64,000 nt of DNA from Myxococcota bacterium (GTDB lineage Bacteria; Myxococcota_A; UBA9160; JAFDDA01), in assembly GCA_965228475.1 (NCBI GenBank), contig OZ245817.1, positions 1,152,001-1,216,000 on the forward strand, read 5' to 3'. Both the position numbers and the translations under genes were made by a program. The notes below the pieces were generated by a model. It was not told the origin of the DNA, searched no databases, and saw only the letters and a list, made by a program, of their open reading frames with translations. Shown one piece after another: positions 10,871 through 21,429 of the stretch. Each line of letters begins with the position of its first letter. Within the stretch, counting starts at the first letter, position 1.

Positions 10871-12418
10871 CTAGGCCCCATCCTTCATAGCAACGAAGAG
10901 CGTGCTCTCTCCACGTCGAATCAGCAGCAGCGCCCCATCCTCAGCCGCGTCCAGCGCCTTCTTCAGCTCGGAAACACTGCCGACCTCCTGCCGGTCCACC
11001 TCCAACACCACATCCCCACGCCGCAAGTTGGCGGCCTCGGCCGGGCTCCCCTGCTCGACGCCCGTGATCACCACGCCGCCGTCACCCTCCTCGAGCCCCA
11101 GCTGCTTCGCCATCTGGGGCGTCACGTCCTGGGCCTTGATGCCGAAGCGCGCCGTGCCGCTCTCCTCGGCGGGCGAGCCGTTCGCGTCCGCCAGCTCCGG
11201 CTCGGCGAGCTCGCCGATCTCGACGTCGATCTTCTTGCGCTTGCCGTCGCGCAGGACGATCACCGGCACCTTCGCGCCCACGGAGGTCGCGGCGACCTTG
11301 CGCGGCAGGTCCTCCATGCTCGCGATCTTCGTGCCGTCGAACTCGACGATCACGTCGCCGCGCTCGATGCCCGCGGCCGCCGCCGGGCCGGCCGGGTCGA
11401 CGCGCGAGACGAGCGCCCCCTCGTCGTCCTCGAGCCCGAAGCTCTCGGCGAGGTCCGGCGTGATCTTCTGGATCAGCACGCCGAGCCAGCCGCGCGTGAC
11501 GTGCCCGCTCGAGCGCAGCTGCGGCAGGATCTCCTTCGCCATGTTCACCGGCACCGCGAAGCCGATCGTGTTCGCGCGCGGGTTGATGGCCGTGTTGATG
11601 CCGATCACCTCGCCGCGCAGGTTGAGCAGCGGCCCGCCGGAGTTGCCGGGGTTGATCGCGGCGTCGGTCTGGATGAAGTCGTCGTAGGGGCCCTGGCCGA
11701 TGTTGCGGCCCTTGGCCGAGACGATGCCCGCCGTCACCGTGTGCTCGAGCCCGAAGGGGTTCCCGATCGCCACGACCCAGTCGCCCGGGCGCACGGTGCT
11801 CGAATCGCCGAGGGGCAGGGCCGTCAGCTTCACGTCGCTCTTCACGCGGATCAGCGCGATGTCGGTCTTCGGGTCGCGGCCGATGATCTCCGCGTCGAAC
11901 TCGCGCTCGTCGTCGAAGGCGACCTTGATCGTGTCGACGTCCTCGACCACGTGGTTGTTGGTGACGATGTAGCCGTCCTGGGAGATCACGAAGCCCGTGC
12001 CGAGGCTCGGCACCGAGCGCTGCCGTCGGCCGAAGAACTCCTCGAAGGGCAGGCCGAAGAACTCTTCCCACTGGCGCGGCACGCGCGGCGCCTGCTGGGT
12101 CACGGTCTTCGACGTCTGGATGTTCACCACGGCCGGGGAAGCGGCCTCGGCGAGGTCGGCGAAGTTGGTCGGGACGCCGAACCCGGCCGCGGCGCCGGAA
12201 GCCTGGGCCGGACGCCGCTCGTTCCAGAAGGGTTCGGCCGCGACGTCGGCCTGCGCGTCGTCGCTCGACTCGCCGCGCAGCACGTCGAGCGCGTCCTGCA
12301 GGTCGATCGCTTCCGCCTGGTTGTCGCGCAGGATCACGTCGATGTCGACGACACCCGACGCCACCAGCAGAACGCCGGTCGCGGCGACGAAAAGCAGCCA
12401 ATTCCCCAAACGACTCAT
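10871..12418 (-). CDS. HtrA/Do family serine protease with 2 PDZ domains
   Basis: TNNHV, TDIAL, QTDAAINPGNSGGPL, two PDZ domains, N-terminal signal/anchor. Confidence 0.95.
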   Translation of the reverse strand: MSRLGNWLLFVAATGVLLVASGVVDIDVILRDNQAEAIDLQDALDVLRGESSDDAQADVAAEPFWNERRPAQASGAAAGFGVPTNFADLAEAASPAVVNIQTSKTVTQQAPRVPRQWEEFFGLPFEEFFGRRQRSVPSLGTGFVISQDGYIVTNNHVVEDVDTIKVAFDDEREFDAEIIGRDPKTDIALIRVKSDVKLTALPLGDSSTVRPGDWVVAIGNPFGLEHTVTAGIVSAKGRNIGQGPYDDFIQTDAAINPGNSGGPLLNLRGEVIGINTAINPRANTIGFAVPVNMAKEILPQLRSSGHVTRGWLGVLIQKITPDLAESFGLEDDEGALVSRVDPAGPAAAAGIERGDVIVEFDGTKIASMEDLPRKVAATSVGAKVPVIVLRDGKRKKIDVEIGELAEPELADANGSPAEESGTARFGIKAQDVTPQMAKQLGLEEGDGGVVITGVEQGSPAEAANLRRGDVVLEVDRQEVGSVSELKKALDAAEDGALLLIRRGESTLFVAMKDGA

Positions 12419-12505
12419 CGCTTCTCCCTTGGCCCGGTGGGCCCCTGTTCTCCGCGGTCCGTGACCGCTCGATCCGGGCGGGCCCAACGAGCCCGCCGAC
12501 TGGCG

Positions 12506-13888
12506 CTATCCCAGAGGAACCGTGACGTGGTAGCGGCCCCGGCCGCGTCCCACCACGACCAGCGCCCGCGTCTTGCCCCGCAGCCCCAGCACTGCGGTCC
12601 GGAGGCCGTCCTCTCCCGAGAGCGCGCGCCCGTTCACCGCCAGGATGAGGTCTCCGGCTTGGATGCCAAGCCGGGCCGCGCCGCTCCCGCTCCGTACGGA
12701 TTGGACGACGAGCGCCCCCTGCGGGTTCGGCGAAATGCGCATTCCGAGCAGCCGCTCGGACAATTCCTCGACCCGCCCGGCCGGGAGGGCCTTGGCCACG
12801 GGCCGGACGGTGCGGTTCTTGCCGTTTCGCCACAGCTCGAGCCGCGTGCGCTGGCCCTGGGTGACCTGGCCGAGCACCTCGTAGAAGGCGGTCGGCGTGG
12901 CGATCGGCTGGCCCTCGAGGCGCTGGAGGACGTCGCCCCGGGCGATGCCGGCCGCCGCCGCCGGGCTCCGCTCGTGGACCCGGTTCACGAGTGCGCCGGA
13001 GACGCTCTTGGGCAGGTCGAGGGCCGCGCGGAGCTTCTCGTCGAGGGCCTGGAGTTCGACCCCGATCCACACGGGCGTCACTTCGCCGTGTTCGATCAGC
13101 TCGTTCACGATCCGGCTCGCGACGTCGATCGGGATGGCGAAGCCGATGCCCTCGGCGTTGCCGTAGATGGCCGTGTTCACGCCGATCAGCGTGCCTTCCG
13201 CGTTCAGCAGCGGGCCGCCCGAGTTGCCGGGGTTGATCGAGGCGTCGGTCTGGAGGAAGCCGTGGAACACGCGTTGGTCCGTTCGAATCGACCGGTCCAA
13301 TGCGGAGATCACCCCGGTGGTCACCGTGTTCGAGAGCCCGAAGGGGTTGCCGATCGCGATCACGGGCTCGCCGACGAGGAGGTCGTCCGACCGCCCCGGC
13401 GCGATCCAGGGGAGCTTGTCCTTCGTTTCGATGCGCAGGACGGCGAGGTCGTTGTTCGGGTCCGCGCCGATGGCTTCGGCGTCGTACTCGCGGCCATCAG
13501 CGAGCTTCACGCGGATCACGTCGGCCTGGGCGACGACGTGGGCGTTCGTGAGCACGTGGCCCTTGGCGTCGATCAGCACGCCCGAGCCGAGGTTCTGCAC
13601 CTGCCGGCTCCCGACGCGCGGCTCGAAGAAGCGGCGGAAGAAGTTGTCGAAGTGGGGGTCGCGCCCGAGCCCGAGGCCGCCGAAGGGGCTGCGCGTGCGC
13701 ACGGTGCGCTCGGTGGTGATGTTGACGACGCTCGGCCCGACCCGCTCGACCGCGGTGACCGTGGCCGTGCGGCGCAGGAAGGGGTCGGCCGCTTCGGCCG
13801 GGAGCGGGGTGGCCACGCCCGCCAGCGCGATCGCCGCCGCCGCGAGGATCGCTCCGAGTCCGAGCCACTCCTGCGGGCTTCGCCTCAT
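12506..13888 (-). CDS. HtrA/Do family serine protease, paralogue 2
   Basis: TNAHV, NDLAV, QTDASINPGNSGGPL, PDZ domains, signal peptide. Confidence 0.94.
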   Translation of the reverse strand: MRRSPQEWLGLGAILAAAAIALAGVATPLPAEAADPFLRRTATVTAVERVGPSVVNITTERTVRTRSPFGGLGLGRDPHFDNFFRRFFEPRVGSRQVQNLGSGVLIDAKGHVLTNAHVVAQADVIRVKLADGREYDAEAIGADPNNDLAVLRIETKDKLPWIAPGRSDDLLVGEPVIAIGNPFGLSNTVTTGVISALDRSIRTDQRVFHGFLQTDASINPGNSGGPLLNAEGTLIGVNTAIYGNAEGIGFAIPIDVASRIVNELIEHGEVTPVWIGVELQALDEKLRAALDLPKSVSGALVNRVHERSPAAAAGIARGDVLQRLEGQPIATPTAFYEVLGQVTQGQRTRLELWRNGKNRTVRPVAKALPAGRVEELSERLLGMRISPNPQGALVVQSVRSGSGAARLGIQAGDLILAVNGRALSGEDGLRTAVLGLRGKTRALVVVGRGRGRYHVTVPLG

Positions 13889-13997
13889 CGCGCTGGACCG
13901 TTCGATTGCACCACCGTTGGACGCACGGAACGTGCGGGCCATTCACCCCCCTGGGCTCGCTTTTCGAGCGGGCGCATGATAACTCCGGAAGCCGCTC

Positions 13998-15221
13998 ATG
14001 CCTCCGTCTTCCACCGTACCTGGTGCCTCCCAGAGTGCCGCCTCCGAGCGCTCCTTCGAGGAGCTGCTCGCGGCATTTCCGGGGCGTTTCGACGCCACCC
14101 CGGGCTTCGCGGTTCGCGCGCCCGGCCGCGTGAATCTGATCGGCGAGCACACGGACTACAGCGGCGGCCTCGTCCTGCCCTGCGCGATCGACCGCGCGAC
14201 GTACATCGTGGGGGTGCGGCGCGGCGACCGGCGCGTGCGCGTGCACTCCCGAGAGACGAGCGGCGACGGGGCGCCGGCGAGCTTCCGCCTGGACGCCCCG
14301 CTCGAGCCCGCCGGCGACTGGCTCGACTACGTCCGCGGCGCCTGCCGGACCGTCGCGGCCGAGACCGGCCGCGAGCTGCCGGGCTTCGACCTCGCCGTGG
14401 CGAGCGACGTGCCGGGCGAATCCGGGCTCTCGAGCTCCGCGGCCTTCGGCGTCGCGCTGGTCACCGCGATCGAGCAGGCGCTCGGGCTCGAGTTCGCCCC
14501 CGTCGACCGCGGCCGGCTCGCCCACCGCACCGAGCGCGAGTTCGTCGGCGTGCCGTGCGGGATCATGGACCAGTACGCGAGCGCCCTCGGCCGCGCGGAC
14601 CACGCGCTCCGGCTCGACTGCCGCAGCCTCGAAACGCGTTGGCTTCCGCTTCCAGGGCAGGACGTCCGCATCCTCGTCGCGCACTCCGGCGTGCGGCGGC
14701 GGCTCGCCGGGGGAAGCTACGGCGACCGCGCGGCCGAGTGCGAAGCGGCGCGCGAGGCCGCGGCAGCGGAGCTCGGGCCGCACGTCGAGGCGCTGCGCGA
14801 CGTCACGGTCGCGGACCTCGGGCGTCTCGAGGCAGCGCTCGAACCGATGCTCTACCGGAGGCTGCGCCACGTGGTCACCGAGAACGCGCGGGTCGAGGCG
14901 TTCTGCGGCGCGCTCGTGCAGCGCGATTTCCCGCTCGCCGGGCAGCTCCTCGACGTCGGCATGGCGAGCCTGCGCGACGATTTCGAGGTGAGCCTGCCGG
15001 AGCTCGATCACCTGTGCGCCGCCGGGAACGCCCAGCCGGGCGTGTACGGCTCCCGCCTCACGGGGGCGGGCTTCGGCGGATGCACGATCCACCTGGTGGA
15101 TGCGCCGCGCGCGCAGGCGGCGGCGGAGGGCCTGGCCCAGGGCTTCGAGGAGCGCTTCGGGCGCCGGCCGCCGGTCTTCGAGATCGTGCCGGCCGAGGGC
15201 GCCTCGGCGATCGAGCTCTAG
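13998..15221 (+). CDS. galK: Galactokinase
   Basis: APGRVNLIGEHTDY, GLSSSAA, CGIMDQ, GSRLTGAGFGGC. Confidence 0.95.
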   Translation: MPPSSTVPGASQSAASERSFEELLAAFPGRFDATPGFAVRAPGRVNLIGEHTDYSGGLVLPCAIDRATYIVGVRRGDRRVRVHSRETSGDGAPASFRLDAPLEPAGDWLDYVRGACRTVAAETGRELPGFDLAVASDVPGESGLSSSAAFGVALVTAIEQALGLEFAPVDRGRLAHRTEREFVGVPCGIMDQYASALGRADHALRLDCRSLETRWLPLPGQDVRILVAHSGVRRRLAGGSYGDRAAECEAAREAAAAELGPHVEALRDVTVADLGRLEAALEPMLYRRLRHVVTENARVEAFCGALVQRDFPLAGQLLDVGMASLRDDFEVSLPELDHLCAAGNAQPGVYGSRLTGAGFGGCTIHLVDAPRAQAAAEGLAQGFEERFGRRPPVFEIVPAEGASAIEL

Positions 15222-15236
15222 GAACCGGCCGGGGCG

Positions 15237-16676
15237 CTACTCGCTGTGCGAGGCGGCGTCCTGATCCGCGCCGGGTTCGCCGCGCTCGGCCGGCGTCGCG
15301 CCGCGCTTCACGAGCAGGTACTTCACCATGTCGCCGCGGCGGGCGGTGATGAGCACGACTTCCTTCTCCTCGGTCGCGTCGATGGCGCTGCGGAAGCCGG
15401 CGAGATCCTTCACCTCGTCGTCGCCGATGCGGGCGATCACGTCGCCCGGCTTCAGGCCCGACTCGCTGGCCGGCGAGCCGCGCTCGACGAAGCGGACGTA
15501 GGCGCCCTCGCGCGTGGCGAGGCGCTGATCGCGGTAGGTGATCTCGGTGATCTCCTCGACGTGGAAGCCGAGGTCGCTCTCCTCGTCGTTCGGGACGACG
15601 GCGGGCTGGGCGGAGAGCACGATCTCGACGTCGCGCGCGTCGCCCCCGCGCAGGATGCGCAGGCTCGCGTTCTCGCCCGGCGCGATGCCGGCGACCTGGC
15701 GCTGGAAGGTGCCGAGGTCCTCTTCCTTCTCGGCGGCGACGGACTCGCCGTTGAAGTGGGTGACGACGTCGCCCGGCTCGAGGCCGGCCTTCGCCGCCGG
15801 TGACCGCCCGGACACGGAGTTCACGATCACGCCCGTGACGTCCGGGATGCCGAAGTAGCCGGCGAGGTCGCGGTCGAGGGGTTGGATCGTCACGCCCATC
15901 CAGCCGCGCTCGACGCCGCCTGCGGCGAGCTGCTCGACCACGTCGAGGGCCGTGTCGATCGGGATGGTGAAGCCGATGCCGCGGCCCTGGCCGCGCGAGT
16001 TGATGCCGATCACGCGGCCGTCGAGGTCGACGAGCGGGCCGCCCGAGGAGCCGCGGTCGATCATCGCGTCGGTCTGGATGAAGTCGTTCAGGATCTTGTC
16101 GACTTCGAGGTTGCGGCCCTTGGCCGAGACGATCCCGAAGGAGACCGTGCCGTCGAGGCCGTAGGGGTTGCCCACGGCGAGCACCCACTGGCCGACGCGC
16201 AGGGCGTCGACGGAGCCGAGCTGCGCGACCGGGAGCGGGTCGCCGTCCGGTTCGATCTGGAGGAGCGCCACGTCGGTCTGCTTGTCCGCGCCGACCACGG
16301 TGGCCGGGTACTTCTGCGTGCGGCCGGGGATGGTCACCTCGACCTTCTGCGCCTTGTCGACGACGTGCTGGTTCGTGACGATCTGGCCGCTCGCGTCGAT
16401 GATGAAGCCCGAGCCTTCGACGTGCTTCCGGCGGTTGTTGACCTTCACGATCGCTTCGATGTGCACGACGATCGGCTTCACGCGCTCCGACACCGCGATG
16501 ATGCGTTCCTGGAGCGTTTCGAAGGCGGCGAGCTCCTCGCCGGCGTCCGGCGCGCCGTGGGAGGGCGCGGGCATCGCGAGCAGGCATGCGGCGGCGAGCC
16601 AGGCGGCGGCTCGCGCACGAACGGCGCCGCGCCCGGTGGCGACCCTCTCGGCGGTGTGGGGACGTCGGCTTCGCAT
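15237..16676 (-). CDS. HtrA/Do family serine protease, paralogue 3 (variant active-site loop)
   Basis: TNQHV, TDVAL, QTDAMIDRGSSGGPL, two PDZ domains; GGAGGAG SD. Confidence 0.9.
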   Translation of the reverse strand: MRSRRPHTAERVATGRGAVRARAAAWLAAACLLAMPAPSHGAPDAGEELAAFETLQERIIAVSERVKPIVVHIEAIVKVNNRRKHVEGSGFIIDASGQIVTNQHVVDKAQKVEVTIPGRTQKYPATVVGADKQTDVALLQIEPDGDPLPVAQLGSVDALRVGQWVLAVGNPYGLDGTVSFGIVSAKGRNLEVDKILNDFIQTDAMIDRGSSGGPLVDLDGRVIGINSRGQGRGIGFTIPIDTALDVVEQLAAGGVERGWMGVTIQPLDRDLAGYFGIPDVTGVIVNSVSGRSPAAKAGLEPGDVVTHFNGESVAAEKEEDLGTFQRQVAGIAPGENASLRILRGGDARDVEIVLSAQPAVVPNDEESDLGFHVEEITEITYRDQRLATREGAYVRFVERGSPASESGLKPGDVIARIGDDEVKDLAGFRSAIDATEEKEVVLITARRGDMVKYLLVKRGATPAERGEPGADQDAASHSE

Positions 16677-16803
16677 GGCTCCTCCTCCATTCATCCTGTC
16701 GTCTTCGGCCGGAACGGGTCGGCAGTTGAAGACTGCCTGGCCTCCTGGGGAAGACGGCGCGGGCCGCCGCGCGGTTCTCGGCGGCAAAGCCGGAGGGTAG
16801 CCC

Positions 16804-17469
16804 TCACCGGTCGAGGGCCGCCCGGAGCCGCGCCGCCGCCTCGCCCGGGTGGGTTGCCGAGAACACCGCGCCGGTCACGGCGACGCCGGCCGCGCCGGCC
16901 CGGAGGGCGGCGGGCGCCGTTTCCGCGTCGATCCCGCCCTGGGCGATCAGGCGAAGGCCCGCCGAAGCGGGGACGGAGGCGGCGGCCTCGGCGAGGACGC
17001 CCGGGCCGAGGGCGGGCCGCTCGCGGGGCTTCGAGAGGGGGTCGAAGACTGGGGCCAGGTGGGCGTAGTCCGCGCCCGCGCGGGCTGCGGCGGCCACTTC
17101 TTCGGCGGAGTGGGTCGAAACGCCCACTATCCAATGGTCCTTTGAGTGCTCGGTGCCGAGTTTGCGAGCCGCTTCGGGAGCATGCCCGTCGAAGCCCAGG
17201 TGAACGCCGTCGGCCCCGGCGGCCAGCGCCACGTCCGCCCGCCGGTTCACGAAGAGCCGCACCTCGCCCGCGCGCTTCGCGGCGGCGGCCCGGGCCGCGC
17301 GGCCGATCGCCTCGCAGAACTCGAGGAGTTCGCGCGCTTCGAGGGAGCGGTCGCGGATCTGGATCCAGTCGGCGCCGGCGGCGACCGCGCTGGCGATGGC
17401 CTCGGGCCAGTCCGCGCGGTCCGCGGCGGCCCCGGTGACGAGGCAGAGGATCGGGCGGTCCGCGGTCAG
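16804..17469 (-). CDS. thiE: Thiamine phosphate synthase (ThiE/TenI family); probable CTG start
   Basis: LCLVT...GADWIQIRDR...FVNRRADVA..GADGVHL...GVSTHS..E...PVF...GGI; frame stays open upstream of the ORF-track start as far as the thiG stop. Confidence 0.82.
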   Translation of the reverse strand: MTADRPILCLVTGAAADRADWPEAIASAVAAGADWIQIRDRSLEARELLEFCEAIGRAARAAAAKRAGEVRLFVNRRADVALAAGADGVHLGFDGHAPEAARKLGTEHSKDHWIVGVSTHSAEEVAAAARAGADYAHLAPVFDPLSKPRERPALGPGVLAEAAASVPASAGLRLIAQGGIDAETAPAALRAGAAGVAVTGAVFSATHPGEAAARLRAALDR

Positions 17470-17472
17470 AGG

Positions 17473-18276
17473 CTAGAAGCTCGCGAGCCCGTCGAGGGGG
17501 CTCGAAGCCGAGGCGTAGAGCCGGCGCGGCATGCGGCCGGACTCGTAGGCCAGCCGGCCCGAGGCGACGGCCATGCGCATGGCGTGGGCCATGCGCTCGG
17601 GCTCCTTGGCCTGGGCGATCGCCGTGTTCATGAGCACCGCCGTGGCGCCGAGCTCCATCGCAATGGCCGCGTCGCTCGCGGTGCCGACGCCCGCGTCGAC
17701 GATCACGGGGACTTCGACGGTCTCGAGGATGATGCGCAGGTTGGCGGGGTTGCGGATGCCGAGGCCCGAGCCGATCGGCGCGGCGAGGGGCATCACCGCC
17801 GGGCAGCCCATGGCGGCGAGGCGCTGGCATGCGACCGGGTCGTCGTTCACGTAGGGGAGGACGGTGAAGCCGTCGGCGAGGAGCGTCTCGGCGGCCTCGA
17901 GCGTGGCGGGGACGTCCGGGAAGAGCGTGCGCTCGTCGCCGATCACCTCGAGCTTCACGAGGTCCGTCCCGAGCAGCTCGCGGCCGAGCCGCGCCGTCGT
18001 GACGGCGTCGTCGGCGGTGTAACACCCGGCGGTGTTGGGAAGCAGGGTGAACTCCGAGGGCGGGATGTGGTCGAGCAGCTCGCGGCCTTCGGGCTGGTCG
18101 AGCGGGATCCGGCGCAGGGCGACCGTGATCATCTCGGCGCCGCTCGCATCCAGACAGGTGCGGTTCTGCTCGAAGGAGGCGTACTTGCCCGTGCCGATGA
18201 TCAGGCGCGAGTGGAACGTGTGCGGCCCGACGGCCCAGGTTTCACTGCTCGGGGCTTCGATCGTGCTCTGGCTCAT
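17473..18276 (-). CDS. thiG: Thiazole synthase
   Basis: [41 protein letters not shown]. Confidence 0.97.
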   Translation of the reverse strand: MSQSTIEAPSSETWAVGPHTFHSRLIIGTGKYASFEQNRTCLDASGAEMITVALRRIPLDQPEGRELLDHIPPSEFTLLPNTAGCYTADDAVTTARLGRELLGTDLVKLEVIGDERTLFPDVPATLEAAETLLADGFTVLPYVNDDPVACQRLAAMGCPAVMPLAAPIGSGLGIRNPANLRIILETVEVPVIVDAGVGTASDAAIAMELGATAVLMNTAIAQAKEPERMAHAMRMAVASGRLAYESGRMPRRLYASASSPLDGLASF

Positions 18277-18307
18277 CGTCCACCTCCAACGGGTCGTCGG
18301 GAATGCT

Positions 18308-18535
18308 TCATCGTCCGCCGCCAACGGCTTGCAGAATTTCGACGCGGTCGCCGGGTGCGAGCACGTGGTTCGGGAAGGTCGAGCGCGGCACGACCTCGCG
18401 GTTCACGGCGACGGCGATGCGGCGCTCGCCGAGCCCGAGGGCCGCGACGAGCCCCTCGACCGTCTCGCCCGCGGCGAGGGCGCGGGGCTCCCCGTTCACG
18501 AGGATCTCGTCGTGGGCCGGCGCAGCGTCGGACAT
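18308..18535 (-). CDS. thiS: Sulfur carrier protein ThiS (ends GGGR)
   Basis: ILVNGE...[12 protein letters not shown]...[13 protein letters not shown]; upstream of thiG. Confidence 0.92.
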   Translation of the reverse strand: MSDAAPAHDEILVNGEPRALAAGETVEGLVAALGLGERRIAVAVNREVVPRSTFPNHVLAPGDRVEILQAVGGGR

Positions 18536-18564
18536 CGGCGAAAGCATAGGTTAAATACGACGGG

Positions 18565-19734
18565 ATGGACGGCGGGCGGCCCATCGAGACGCGCATCGAC
18601 CGCGCCGCGCTGCGCGCGAACCTCGCCCTCGTGCGCGAGCGGGCGCCGGGCCGGGCCGTCACCGCCGTCGTCAAGGCCGATGCCTACGGCCACGGGGCAG
18701 CGGCCGTCGCCGATACCCTGGCCGAAGCGGGCGCCGAGAAGTTTGCCGTGCTCTCCGTCGACGAGGCCTGCGACCTGCGCGCGGGCGAGGCGGGTCCCCG
18801 GTCGACCGTGCCGGTGCTGGTCCTCTCCGGCGTGCACGGGCCCGACGAAGCGCTCGAGGTGGTCGAGCAGGGGTTCATCCCGGTTCTCCACCACGAGCAA
18901 GGCGCCGCGCTCGTGGCGGAGGCCGCGGGAGCGGCCGGGCTGCCGGCGCCGGTCCACGTCGAGATCGATACGGGCATGCGCCGCATGGGCGTCGCGCCCG
19001 AGGCGGCGGTCGAGTTCCTCGGCCGCGTCGCGCGCGATCCGGCTCTCGAGCTGGCGGGCGTCTTCACCCACCTGGCGCGCGCCGACGAGCCGGATCCGGC
19101 GCCGTCCTGCGAGCAGCTCGAGCGCTTCGCTGCGCTGCTCGCGGCGGCGCGCGAGCGCGGCGTCGAGCTCGGCGAGGTCCACGCGGCGAACTCGGCCGGA
19201 GTGCTCACCTGGCCCGCCTACGAGGAGGTCGCCCCCGAGACCCACGCCGTGCGGCCTGGGATCCTGCTCTACGGCTCGAACCCGGCCCCCCACGTTCCGG
19301 TCGAGCCCGAGCCGGTGATGACCCTCGCGACGCGCGTGGTCGCCCTGCGCGACGTCGCGCCCGGCGACGGCGTCGGCTACGGCGCGATCTTCCGGGCGCC
19401 GCGCCGCGGGCGCGTGGCGACCCTCGCCGCGGGCTACGCCGACGGCGTCCCGCGCTGTGCCGGCGAGCCCGGGCGGCCGCCGGCCTACGTGCTGATCGGC
19501 AACCGCCGTTTCGCGATCGCCGGCCGCGTCTCCATGGACTACCTGACGGTCTTCCTCGACGAGGAGAGCAACGACGTTTCGCTCGGGGACGAAGCCACCG
19601 TCTTCGGCAAGAACCGCGACGGCACGGTGCTGCGCGCCGACGAACTCGCCGCGGCCACGGGCACCATCGCCTACGAGCTCTTCTCGAGCGTCGGTGCCAG
19701 CGCGACGCGCGTGCTCTCGGTCCTCGAGGGCTGA
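18565..19734 (+). CDS. alr: Alanine racemase
   Basis: [42 protein letters not shown]. Confidence 0.96.
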   Translation: MDGGRPIETRIDRAALRANLALVRERAPGRAVTAVVKADAYGHGAAAVADTLAEAGAEKFAVLSVDEACDLRAGEAGPRSTVPVLVLSGVHGPDEALEVVEQGFIPVLHHEQGAALVAEAAGAAGLPAPVHVEIDTGMRRMGVAPEAAVEFLGRVARDPALELAGVFTHLARADEPDPAPSCEQLERFAALLAAARERGVELGEVHAANSAGVLTWPAYEEVAPETHAVRPGILLYGSNPAPHVPVEPEPVMTLATRVVALRDVAPGDGVGYGAIFRAPRRGRVATLAAGYADGVPRCAGEPGRPPAYVLIGNRRFAIAGRVSMDYLTVFLDEESNDVSLGDEATVFGKNRDGTVLRADELAAATGTIAYELFSSVGASATRVLSVLEG

Positions 19735-19811
19735 AACGCGCTAGGATCGTGCGGTTCGCGGGCCTTCTCGCCGGCCTCCGGACGCCCAACGCATGACCAC
19801 GGAGGCCCCCC

Positions 19812-21389
19812 ATGGCCGAAGCGCCCACCGCTCGGGTTCGCCGCGCGCTCCTTTCCGTTTCCGACAAGAACGGCCTCGTCGCCCTGGGCAAGGGCCTGGC
19901 GGAACTCGGAGTGGAGCTCGTCGCTTCCGGTGGAACCGCCACCGCCCTGCGCGAAGCGGGCCTCACCGTGCTCGACGTGGCGGAGCTCACGAAGAGCCCC
20001 GAGATGCTCGGCGGCCGCGTGAAGACGCTCCACCCGAAGGTGCACGGCGGCATCCTCGCCCGGCGCGAGCTGGCCGAGGACCAGGCGGACCTCGAAGCCA
20101 ACGAGATCGGCACGATCGACCTCGTCGTCGTGAACCTCTACCCCTTCGAAGCGACGGTCGCGAAGCCCGGCACGACGCGCGCCGAGGCCATCGAGAAGAT
20201 CGACATCGGCGGGCCCTCGATGATCCGCTCCGCGGCGAAGAACCACGCCCACGTGGCCGTGCTCGTCGACCCCGAGGACTACGACGCCGTGCTCGACGAG
20301 CTGCGCACGAACGACGGCGCGCTCGCCGACGCCACGCGCCGCCGCCTGGCGGTGAAGGCCTTCTCGCGCACCGCGGCCTACGACGCCGCCATCCACGCGT
20401 ACCTGGAAGCCCAGGAGGCGGGCGAGAACGGCGAGGTCTTCCCGGCGCGCCTGGCCGTCGATCTGCCCAAGGCCGCGAGCCTCCGCTACGGCGAGAACCC
20501 GCACCAGGGCGCCGCGCTCTACGGCGGCTTCCTCGACCTCGTGCAGGTGCTCCACGGCAAGGAGCTCTCCTACAACAACGTCGTCGACGTGCAGGCGGCC
20601 CTGGCGCTGATCGGCGAGTTCGAGGCGGACCCGGGCGCTTCCGTGGCGATCCTGAAGCACAACACGCCCTGCGGCGTCGGGCTCGGCCAGGACCCGGCCG
20701 AGGCCTACCGCAACGCCTTCGGCACGGACCCGGACTCGCCCTTCGGCGGCATCGTCGTGACGGATCAGCCCTTCGACCTCGCGATCGCCGAGGCCGTCGA
20801 CGAGATCTTCACCGAGGTGCTGGTCGCGCCGAGCTTCACGGAAGAGGCGCTGGCCCTGCTCCAGAAGAAGAAGAACCGGCGGCTCCTCCGCTACGACGTC
20901 GCGCGCGTCGCGGCCCTGCGCACCCAGCTGGATTGGAAGCGGGTCTACGGCGGGGTGCTGCTCCAGGAGCCCGACGTCGCGAGCGAGGACCCGGCCGCGC
21001 TGCAGGTCGTGACGAAGCGCAAGCCGACGGAGTCCGAGCTCGCCGCGCTCGCCTTCACCTGGCGCGTCGTGAAGCATGTGAAGAGCAACGCCATCGTCTT
21101 CGGGGCGGAGAACCGCACGCTGGCCGTCGGGGGCGGGGCGACCTCGCGCGTCGACGCCGTGCACGCCGCGCGCGAGAAGGCCGCCCGGGTCGGAAACGAC
21201 CTCGCCGGCTCGGTGCTCGCGAGCGACGCCTTCTTCCCCTTCCCGGACGGCCTCGAGACCGCCGTCGAGGCGGGCGCGCGCGCCGTGGTCCAGCCCGGCG
21301 GCTCGAACCGCGACGAGCTGGTGATCGAGGCCGCCGACCGGCTCGGCGTCGCCATGGTGTTCGCCGGCGTCCGGCACTTCCGCCACTAG
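19812..21389 (+). CDS. purH: Bifunctional AICAR transformylase/IMP cyclohydrolase
   Basis: [44 protein letters not shown]. Confidence 0.98.
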   Translation: MAEAPTARVRRALLSVSDKNGLVALGKGLAELGVELVASGGTATALREAGLTVLDVAELTKSPEMLGGRVKTLHPKVHGGILARRELAEDQADLEANEIGTIDLVVVNLYPFEATVAKPGTTRAEAIEKIDIGGPSMIRSAAKNHAHVAVLVDPEDYDAVLDELRTNDGALADATRRRLAVKAFSRTAAYDAAIHAYLEAQEAGENGEVFPARLAVDLPKAASLRYGENPHQGAALYGGFLDLVQVLHGKELSYNNVVDVQAALALIGEFEADPGASVAILKHNTPCGVGLGQDPAEAYRNAFGTDPDSPFGGIVVTDQPFDLAIAEAVDEIFTEVLVAPSFTEEALALLQKKKNRRLLRYDVARVAALRTQLDWKRVYGGVLLQEPDVASEDPAALQVVTKRKPTESELAALAFTWRVVKHVKSNAIVFGAENRTLAVGGGATSRVDAVHAAREKAARVGNDLAGSVLASDAFFPFPDGLETAVEAGARAVVQPGGSNRDELVIEAADRLGVAMVFAGVRHFRH

Positions 21390-21429
21390 CCGAGAGGGTT
21401 CGCTCGATGACGGAATCCGGGAGCGCGCG

